Positions 10,484-18,731 of a DNA stretch of 64,000 nucleotides are shown here, piece by piece. Both the position numbers and the translations under genes were made by a program. The notes beneath the pieces were generated by a model, which saw only the letters and a program-made list of their open reading frames with translations, was not told where the DNA came from and did not search any database. Numbering within the stretch: position 1 is the first letter of the stretch; every line of letters begins with the position of its first letter. The stretch is taken from NCBI GenBank assembly GCA_963795905.1, contig CAWCJG010000009.1, forward strand, positions 342,097-406,096. The letters are read 5' to 3'. The stretch comes from an uncultured Acidobacteriaceae bacterium (GTDB lineage: Bacteria; Acidobacteriota; Terriglobia; Bryobacterales; Bryobacteraceae).

Positions 10484-11642
10484 ATGAAACATATCTTTAC
10501 GTCTGAGTCGGTTACCGAAGGGCATCCGGATAAGATTGCCGATCAGGTATCGGATGCAATTCTAGACGCCGTACTTACGGATGATCCGATGGGCCGTGTT
10601 GCTTGCGAAACGCTGGTCACAACCGGGATTTGCGTTGTTGCCGGGGAGATCACGACAACTACATACGTGGATGTGCCGAAGCTGGTTCGTAGTGTCATCA
10701 ACGACATCGGGTACAACGATGCCGCGTTCGGTTTCGATTGCAAGACGTGCGCGGTGGTGAACATGATCCAGTCGCAGTCGCCGGACATCGCGATGGGCGT
10801 CGATACGGGCGGCGCGGGCGACCAGGGCCTGATGTTCGGATATGCGTGCGACGAGACTGAAGAGTTGATGCCGCTGCCGATCATGATGGCGCACAAGCTG
10901 GGTCAGCGTTTAAGCGAAGCCGCGGCGTTCGCGCGAGCTGCCGTATCTGCGGCCGGACGGCAAGAGCCAGGTCAGTGTCGAGTACGTCGACGGCGTTCCG
11001 AAGCGCATTGACGCGGTCGTGGTTTCGATCCAGCACGACGATCACATCAGCACCGAGCAACTGCGCGCGGACATAAAGAAGCAGATCATTGACGCGGTGC
11101 TGCCATCGAAGCATGGTGGATTCCCAGACGAAATTCCATATCAACCCGACCGGGCGGTTTGTCATCGGCGGTCCGCACGGCGATACCGGCTTGACCGGCC
11201 GAAAGATCATCGTCGATACATACGGCGGCATGGGCCGTCATGGCGGCGGCGCGTTCTCGGGCAAGGATCCGACGAAGGTGGATCGCTCGGCATGCTACAT
11301 GGCGCGCTACGTCGCAAAGAATCTGGTGGCCGCCGGGCCTCGCGTCCCGCGCGGAAGTGCAGCTGGCGTATGCGATCGGCGTTGCCGAGCCGGTTTCGAT
11401 CAACGTGAATACGTTCGGGACGGGCAAACTGGATGATCAGCGTCTGGCGGAGTTGGTGGCCGAGAACTTCTCGCTGACGCCGAAGGCGCATGATCGATCA
11501 TTTGAGACTGCGCCGCCCGGTTTATCGCGCGACGGCGGCATTCGGGCACTTCGGACGTAAGGGTGAAGGCTTCACCTGGGAAGCGACGGACAAAGCCGAA
11601 GCGCTGCGCGAAGCGGCGCAGTTGACCGCGGCCGCGGTTTAA
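10484..11642 (+). pseudogene. metK: S-adenosylmethionine synthetase MetK, frame broken about 4 times (most likely sequence error)
   Basis: [88 protein letters not shown] and AFGHFGR are all recovered, but across three frames. Shifts near 10935, 11112, 11337 and 11490. Confidence 0.85.
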
Positions 11643-11652
11643 CTTTATTGAA

Positions 11653-11673
11653 GCGGCGGCGCAATGCCGCCGC
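11653..11673 (+). terminator. GC-rich hairpin 10 nt after the metK stop (terminator-like, no clear U-tract)
   Basis: gcggcggc-gcaat-gccgccgc, a perfect 8-bp stem. The downstream sequence is not T-rich. Confidence 0.4.
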
Positions 11674-11714
11674 GCCACGCATTCATGGGTACACGGCTTA
11701 TACGCCGTCACTGT

Positions 11715-11864
11715 TCAGAGATCCGCCAGAAGCCGGTCATAGCCGGCATGCGAACCGATCCAGAACCAATTAATCTCGTCCCTTTCTAGCAGTCCAAGCG
11801 CGCGATATCCTCGCGCTACTCGAACGGAGTAAATGGGCTCGCTGCTATGAACGCCGCGTCGCAA
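11715..11864 (-). pseudogene. 5-prime-truncated RelE/ParE-superfamily toxin remnant
   Basis: Own translation from TTG 11864: MRRGVHSSEPIYSVRVARGYRALGLLERDEINWFWIGSHAGYDRLLADL. This matches only the C-terminal half of about 90-aa toxins of this type. Only 6 nt separate it from the antitoxin stop, leaving no room for the N-terminal half. Confidence 0.5.
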
Positions 11865-11870
11865 GGGACG

Positions 11871-12089
11871 TCACAGCGTGTCGGGATCGATTTCAGTTGT
11901 ATTGCCTGCGGCGCGCTCCTTCCGCACTTCCAAGGCGAGTTTGCTCAAGCCGTCTTGCGTGTTGGAAAATCGGGTATCCCAAAGCTCCTCATCCGGAAGT
12001 TCCTCAAGCAGCCACCGCGCGATCCGGTCCTGTTGCTCAGGCGGTAAAGCCGCGAGTTTCGCGACCGCAACATCCAACATTTCCGTCAT
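11871..12089 (-). CDS. type II antitoxin (small acidic protein of the kind paired with RelE/ParE-like toxins)
   Basis: MTEMLDVAVAKLAALPPEQQDRIARWLLEELPDEELWDTRF...EIDPDTL. The track ORF starts at GTG 12110; ATG 12089 is more likely. Confidence 0.6.
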   Translation of the reverse strand: MTEMLDVAVAKLAALPPEQQDRIARWLLEELPDEELWDTRFSNTQDGLSKLALEVRKERAAGNTTEIDPDTL

Positions 12090-12153
12090 GACTCGAACTA
12101 TACCCGTCACAAGCGCGGGCTGGAAATAAATCGGAGCCTGGAGTGATCGGCCG

Positions 12154-13729
12154 CTATTGCTCGACCGTGAACGCGTAGAGCATTGAATCGTGCGTGGTGG
12201 CGAACACGCGGCCGTCGCTCACAGCTAATGAACCGAAATGGGTGAAGCCGCTCATGGCCTTGCCTGAAGAGAAGAGCTCTTCTCCGGTAGCGGCATCGAA
12301 GGCGCATAGCGTGGCGTTGCCGGTTGATTTCTGAATCCGGTCTTCGGCCGTGAGGAGACGGCCGGTGTCATCGAACTGCCGAACGAACTCGCCACTCGAG
12401 AGTGCGAACACAACCCCGTTGGCGATGACAGGCGGCTCAGGGACGGACATGTTGTGCGACATCCAGGCTGGCGTCAGCACCGGTTTGCCGTCCTTCTCTT
12501 CCACCTTGAATGCCATGATGCTGCCGTCGGGCGCTGCGCCGTGCGTATTCGGGAATGCACCGGCTGCACTCGACAGCGGCCCCCAAGCGGGTGCATAGAG
12601 CCAGCGCGTGCCTTTCGCATCTTCCCAACTCGCAAATGCTCCCCAGAAGCCGCGTCCGGCAATATCAGCGCGTTCGTTGGTAAAACGAGGGCTCTCATAC
12701 AGGGCCGTGTGATGATCGGAACCGCCGAGCGATTTCGCGTCGAGTAGAAACAACTTACCTTCCTTGCCTGACCCGACGAGCAACTCGCGCCCTTTGTAGT
12801 TGAACAGAATCGGAGTGCTGTTGCCCATGTCGAGGTCCTTGCGAGTGAGGTAGTTCGCATTCGAAGGCGTGAAGTAATCGGCCAGGCTGAGCGACTTCGA
12901 AGCAAGTGCGAGAACGCTGTCCGCGTATTTGCCATTGGTTGGATCTACCGGGCCGTCTCCCGTGGAGGCGTAGACTGTGCCATCGGGCCCGACCGACGCT
13001 CCGCCACGTCCCCAGATCCCCGCCCCTACTGACGACGAAATGAACGACGTCACTGGTTTGTCGGGCTTGCTGAGATCCATTGCGAACACGCCTGACTTGG
13101 CGAGGCCGCAGCCCTGTGAGAGCGTCGTGTAAAGAACATTATTGGCGAGATTCAGGCTCCAGTTTTTCGAAAACGCGGGCACAAACTGCTTCGGCGGGAA
13201 GCGGTCTTCTCCAGTGACGAGGTTGAGCGCGTGCAACTGGCCGTCGGTCGAAATGACAAACACCGTCGGCCCACCGTTCACATACCCGATCACCGGCGTG
13301 TCGTTCAGCGCGTTGGGACAGAAGTACGACGATTGGGCGTTGGGTGGCAACTTGGCGTCATTCGTGAAATGCTTCTGCCAGACAATCTTGCCGCTATCAG
13401 CATCCACGATAAATAAGTTGTCGGAACTACCGCCGACCGCGATATAGGTCTCGGCGCCTTGATTTGTATAGACGGGGTTGATCACCACCGGCGAGCGTCA
13501 GTGAGTTCAACTGGACAGGCTGATTGTCGAGCTTCAGCTTCCAGAGCATGTGCATGCCCTTGACCGATTGCGGCGTGATCTCGGTTTCCTCGCGCGCCCA
13601 TCCGTCCCGCTGCGAATCGCCGCCGAAGGTGAGCCAACTAGCTGCGGCTACGGAACAAAGCAAAGCAAGGGCGCCGGCGAGGCGGCTCAATTTGGGCAGT
13701 TTGCGAGTAAACGGCATGCGCATGAACAA
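12154..13729 (-). CDS. secreted PQQ-like (BamB/YVTN-type) beta-propeller repeat protein; one frame break near 13495
   Basis: Signal peptide MPFTRKLPKLSRLAGALALLCSVAAA in ORF 13427-13729. The propeller body (repeated G..LFA.DA.TGK..W-type blades) is in ORF 12154-13488. The junction reads ...QLNSLT / SPVVINPVYTNQG. Confidence 0.75.
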
Positions 13730-13772
13730 AACGCGATTATTTCATGAACGGATTCAGCGTTTTCGCGCGGCC

Positions 13773-15969
13773 TCAAGCGGCCAGGATGCAGGCCATGTAC
13801 TCGCGCGGGAACGTAATGGTGGAGGGCGCGTTTTGGTTTTCTACGCGAATGCCGAGATCCGCCGGAAAGAGCAAACGGAATGAACCGCCTGGGATGGTTA
13901 CGTTCGCCGGGCCGGCCAGTCTCCAAACTGCGACAAAGGTGTGCTTCAGCGGAGCGGATGCCGAGCGCGACGGGCGCAGTTTTATTCGTCATATCGGGCA
14001 TACCGAATGGGTAGAAAGGGACGCTGGAAGTGAGGTGCCCGCGAATGGTTTCCTTGTAGACGCGAATGCCCGTCTGCACCTGGGCGCGTACTTCGCCGGG
14101 CCAACGGTCGGCCGCGCCGCTCTGATGGATGCGGCCCAGCATGGCATTCACCATGTGAAAGCTGGCTTGATCGGGAGTGGCGTCGGCGGCGGGAAAACTC
14201 CAGACGCCGAGTTGCTCGGGTAGCACGCCGGCTGTGAGTCCAGCCACGATGGACGGGTAGTTGCGGTAGTCGTCCTGGTCGGTGGCGGATTCGAGTTGCA
14301 GGCGCGACAACATGGCGTAATCGAGCCGCCCGCCCCCGCTGGCGCAGTTTTCGATGATCAGGCGAGGATAGCGCGACAGTATGGAATCGAGCCAATCGAG
14401 CAGCGCGAGATTGTGCTCGTGCATGCCCTGCCCTGGACTATCGGCGTGCAGGTCCGTGCCTTCGAGACCATCGACGTTGTAGTCGAGCTTAATGTACTCG
14501 ATGCCCCAGTCATTCACGATCCGCGCGATAACGGAATCGAGCCACTTGCGAACCTCGGGATTGCGAAAGTCGAGCAGGTAACGGCTGTGATCGATAACGC
14601 GGCGGCCGTGCCGCATAAAGAACCAGTCGTCCGGCTTTTGCGCGAGAGGCGAATGGATTCCAACGACTTCGGGTTCGAGCCACAGTCCCGGCAGCATGCC
14701 CCGCGTGCGTATGTGGGAAAACACGGCTCCGAGACCACCGGGCCAGCGTGTTTGGGGAGCCTGCCATGCGCCGACCGTTCCCCACCAGTTTTCATGGATT
14801 GCGGCGTACCAGCCGGCATCGATGACGTAGTACTCGCTACCAAGCTCAGCCGCCGCGTCGATCAGAGGCAGTTCCTTTTGGGTGGTGGGGTCGAGATTCA
14901 GCGAGATCGCATCGTTGAAGATCACCGGACAGGAGCGGTTGCGGATCTGACCGGCCTGGGCGCATATGTCGCGGCGATAGTGTGTTAACGCCGCGACGGC
15001 TTGCTCGAAGCCCCCGCGGACACAGCCGAGAGCGACCGATACCGTTCTATACGTTTGCCCGGGAGCGAGGCTTTTCCAGGCATGCGCATGCTGCTCATCC
15101 GGGCCGCCGATGTAGGCGTAGAGGGCACGCGCGGAGGTTTGAGAGATTTCCCAATGCCACGAACCGTTGTACTCGATTTGCCAGAACCAGGAAATGCCGA
15201 GCGGCACGTTTTCGATGATGCACATCGGCAAGTAGCGTTCGGTGGACCAGGTGCCGAGACTGCTCGCGAATGCGGCAGAGACGCTGAATTCGCTGTTCGG
15301 AACCAATCCTAGTTGCGAGGGCTTTAGAGTGCGCCATTGTCCTTCGGCTTGCCAGCTGTTGAAGCAGAGATGGATCAGCAATTCCTGCTCAAAGCCCGCA
15401 GCCGAGGCGAAATTCGCGAGCATGGCGGAGCTCAGATACTCGATCCCCACGCTGCTGCCGCCTTCGTTCGTGACTTCGGTGTGACGGTGAACCACCGGAA
15501 TACCGTCCCACGCCTCATAAAACGACTTCACTTGCAACTGGAGCGCCGGGTCCCGGTGCGTGACGACGAGGCTGCGACCTTTCGAAGTTTGATTCTCTTC
15601 GTGCCCTGCATAAATGAGACGCAGCCCTGGTTCACCGCCGGTGAACTTCATACCGTGATGTTCGACGCTGTCTTCTCCGGTGCAGTGAAGAGCGGTTTCA
15701 ACCGTGAGCGAGTCGAAGTCGCCGGCGGATGTGTCGGCTAGCGTGTCATTGTGGCCAATCTCAGGGGAAAGCCGCGCCCAAGCAGATTCAGCAATGCCGG
15801 CGGGCAGGATGTACTTCTGGCGAAGCTCCTGTTTGTAGGAACCGAAGGAAAACAAGAGGCCCGAAGCCAGCCAGGTAAAGTCTGGCTTGGTAGCCGCTGC
15901 ACTTTCGAGCGAGCCGAGCGTGAATGCAGAAGCCGCGGCGAGAAAGCTGCGCCTGGTTACGGGAGCCAT
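13773..15969 (-). CDS. alpha-galactosidase (GH36-like) with Tat signal; one frame break near 13940
   Basis: N-terminus MAPVTRRSFLAAASAF (twin-arginine). Core YVIDAGWY...PGLWLEPE...IEYIKLDYN...IENCASGGGR. After ...RSAEAH the true C-terminus FVAVWRLAGPANVTIPGGSFRLLFPADLGIRVENQNAPSTITFPREYMACILAA-stop lies in another frame, with its stop at 13773-13775. Confidence 0.8.
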
Positions 15970-15971
15970 GG

Positions 15972-17195
15972 TCAGTAGACGGCGCGCTTTTGCTCAGTGG
16001 CTTTCGATGCGAGAAGGAAACGCGATTCCGATACAGGTGTAGGAGCGCCGTTGATGCGAGCTGCCACGTACTCGCCCACCGCGGGTCCATGTTTGAAACC
16101 GTGGCCCGAGCCCCCACCAACGATCCATACGTTTTCGTACGCAGGGTGGCGATCAATGAGGAAATCGCCGTTCGAGGTGTTTTCGTACTGGCACACGCGA
16201 GACTCGATAACGGGAGCTTCGGCGAGTTGTGGGAATCGCTCGGCCACGTACTGGCGGGCCTCGGTGATTTTCTCTGGGCGCACAAAGCGGCTTTCCGTAT
16301 CCGGATCGAATGCGGGGCCATGTCGATCAAAAGCGACCTTGAAGCCGCGGCGTTCTATATCGGGGAAGCCGTACATGCCGCGATCGTCACTGAAATCGAT
16401 CCACACTGGCATGTCGGGGGCCGAAAAGGCAGAACTTCCAGGCGGGGCGCCAAAAAACAACACTTCCTGACGCGTTGGGAATATGCGGCTGGCGAGCACG
16501 GCTGGAAAAACTTTGCCCAGCCAGGGGCCACAGGCGAAGACAAACGTGTCGGCGTGAATGGTCTCCCCAGTCGAGGTGCGGATCGACGCGAGCCTGCCAT
16601 TGCCGCTGGGCGGAACGATGGCCGCGCGTTGGTATCGCCCTCCGCTCGAGATAAAAGCTTCTACCACGCGCTCGACGGCCTGACGCGCAAGCAGGGCTCC
16701 GCTGTCCGGTTCGAAGATGGCGACTGTGCCCGGCAACGGCTGGATCTGCGGATACCGCCGCTTGAGATCGTCAGCCGATAAATCGTGGAACGGCACGCCG
16801 ACCTGTCGAAGAGTCTCGCGGCTCTGCTGTGCGTATTCGTTGCCCGGCATCGCCATCCAGAGGACACCGATGCGCTGCAGCAGGTCCGGATTGGTGCGGC
16901 GCGCGAACTCCGACCAAAGCACCAGAGAACGCTGTGCCATGCGAGTGTACACTTCATCAGGTCCGTAAGCACACCGGATGATACGCGTTTCGCCGCCGGA
17001 ACTCGCACGGCTGCTAGCAGGCCCGTACTCATCCAGCAGGATCACACTATGGCCTGACGCCAGCAATTGATGGGCGGTCCAGGACCCGAAGACTCCAGCG
17101 CCAATGACGGCACAGGTCTGTCTGGTTTTGGCAGTCGGCATGAGGGCTCCCGCAAGCATAGCGCCCGCCCACTCACGGCGGTTGAGATCCGGCAT
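15972..17195 (-). CDS. FAD-dependent oxidoreductase (DAO / sarcosine-oxidase-like)
   Basis: 407 aa. Dinucleotide fold CAVIGAGVFGSWTAHQL...LLDE and C-terminal GGSGHGFKHGPAVGE. Start is 2 nt upstream of the alpha-galactosidase ATG region, in the same operon orientation. Confidence 0.8.
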   Translation of the reverse strand: MPDLNRREWAGAMLAGALMPTAKTRQTCAVIGAGVFGSWTAHQLLASGHSVILLDEYGPASSRASSGGETRIIRCAYGPDEVYTRMAQRSLVLWSEFARRTNPDLLQRIGVLWMAMPGNEYAQQSRETLRQVGVPFHDLSADDLKRRYPQIQPLPGTVAIFEPDSGALLARQAVERVVEAFISSGGRYQRAAIVPPSGNGRLASIRTSTGETIHADTFVFACGPWLGKVFPAVLASRIFPTRQEVLFFGAPPGSSAFSAPDMPVWIDFSDDRGMYGFPDIERRGFKVAFDRHGPAFDPDTESRFVRPEKITEARQYVAERFPQLAEAPVIESRVCQYENTSNGDFLIDRHPAYENVWIVGGGSGHGFKHGPAVGEYVAARINGAPTPVSESRFLLASKATEQKRAVY

Positions 17196-17199
17196 GTTC

Positions 17200-18330
17200 T
17201 TATTCGTATCCGATCGAGTGGAGCCACGGTTCCAACACTGCCGCCGCGGCGTAGGCGCCTTTCGCCGTCCAATGGCCGTCGCAGGTGAGAAAGAACGATT
17301 TGTAGTCGCCGCCCGAGCGTTGATTCATCTCCGGCAGCAAATCCTTGACCTGAATGCCTGCGCTCTTGCCCCAATTTTCGAGGAATGGACCAAGGCGATC
17401 CTGATGTGCGTTGCGTAGCCGAACAAAGTCATTCACGGAAGGGATCAGGAAGACGGCTACTCTCGCTCCGTGCGCGTCCGCGGTGGACCTGATGTCATTC
17501 AGCGCGTGCTCCAGGCGTGCGAGATCCACCTGATTGTAGTCGTTATAGCCCGAGTACTGGCCGGCCCTGGTCCAGAACATGCGCGACCAGAGGAACTGGC
17601 CAACGTGGTAGGACGCGAGATACGCGCGCAAAAAGGCCTCCGTGTGATCGGCCAGGCTCTCGCCTGCATGGGGATCGTACGTACCGGTGTAATAAACCGA
17701 GAAGTCGGGCGCATAGTAAGGGCGATAGCGGCCCTTGTGATATTTGGCGCCCCATTCGGGCGACATGTCGTGGAAGTCGTTATCCGGCAGTACGCCGACG
17801 AGCACCAGGTTGTGGTCGAATTTGCTCGCCAGCGTTTTGTAGAGCAGCGCATATTGCAGAGGTCCGAAGTCGCCGGCAGTGCCGAAATTCAAGTGCTCCC
17901 GGCCCGTATCGCGCTCAAGAATGTTGGTGAGGCGGTCTTTATCGGGAGCGCCAAGGCCTTCAATGAAGGAATCGCCCAACACCACAGCGCGCGGCTTCGA
18001 CGAGTGCAGGCTGCGTTCCACGTCGCGGGCTCCGTAGCTGTTGGTGGTGTAGACAACGCTGAAGCAGCCTCCCTGATGAAAGAAGCGCCCATTCGGGCGG
18101 TGCCAGACTCCGAACGCGCGATTGCTGTCTTCCCAGAATGAGTTGTAATTGACGTGATAAGTCGGTTTGCTGGAGTGCCAGTTTGTGACCTTGATATAAA
18201 CCAAACAGGTTAGTTCGGCGAGAACGGCAAAAACGAGAAAATTGATCAGCAGCAGGCGGATACCGGACCAGATCGAGCGAAAAGGGCTTTTGGGCTTCGC
18301 CGCCTCGACCGGGCGGGCTGTATCAACCAT
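17200..18330 (-). CDS. membrane-anchored SGNH/GDSL-type hydrolase
   Basis: 376 aa. N-terminal TM (LLLINFLVFAVLAELTCLVYI), block I VVLGDSFIEG and C-terminal CDGHW. Confidence 0.65.
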   Translation of the reverse strand: MVDTARPVEAAKPKSPFRSIWSGIRLLLINFLVFAVLAELTCLVYIKVTNWHSSKPTYHVNYNSFWEDSNRAFGVWHRPNGRFFHQGGCFSVVYTTNSYGARDVERSLHSSKPRAVVLGDSFIEGLGAPDKDRLTNILERDTGREHLNFGTAGDFGPLQYALLYKTLASKFDHNLVLVGVLPDNDFHDMSPEWGAKYHKGRYRPYYAPDFSVYYTGTYDPHAGESLADHTEAFLRAYLASYHVGQFLWSRMFWTRAGQYSGYNDYNQVDLARLEHALNDIRSTADAHGARVAVFLIPSVNDFVRLRNAHQDRLGPFLENWGKSAGIQVKDLLPEMNQRSGGDYKSFFLTCDGHWTAKGAYAAAAVLEPWLHSIGYE

Positions 18331-18395
18331 TACAATTCGATCTTAACCGCTGAAACAGCAGGATCAGGCCTAATTTGTGCTATTCTGGCTGTGTT

Positions 18396-18605
18396 ATGGC
18401 AATTCCGAACGTCAGGCGGTTTCGACCCTTCTGCCCGACCTGTAATGAGAACTTCACGGTGATGGCGCTCTTGCCGAAGGACGCCAGTGTCGAAGCGTAT
18501 CTCAACGATGTTGTTGCGCGGCACGACCACAAAGCGTACCAGGAAGCAAAGCAGCAGCAGTTCAAGATCCGCGTCGGTCAGCAGAAGCAGAAAAAGGCCA
18601 AGTAG
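18396..18605 (+). CDS. hypothetical small protein (single CxxC, Lys/Gln-rich tail)
   Basis: MAIPNVRRFRPFCPTCNENF...QQKQKKAK. Preceded by a tattct -10-like box and followed by a strong terminator. No family recognised. Confidence 0.4.
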   Translation: MAIPNVRRFRPFCPTCNENFTVMALLPKDASVEAYLNDVVARHDHKAYQEAKQQQFKIRVGQQKQKKAK

Positions 18606-18636
18606 AAGCGGCCTTCCTCCGCAAAACTCCTTTTGT

Positions 18637-18673
18637 AAACGCCGTGACTCCGGTCACGGCGTTTTCCTTTTTT
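18637..18673 (+). terminator. rho-independent terminator
   Basis: aaacgccgtgac-tccg-gtcacggcgttt, a perfect 12-bp stem, followed by ttccttttttg. Confidence 0.85.
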
Positions 18674-18731
18674 GGCGTCCCTCGCACGATACCCCAAGTC
18701 AGGAACACGTATCATCAGTATCCAGGCGGTC

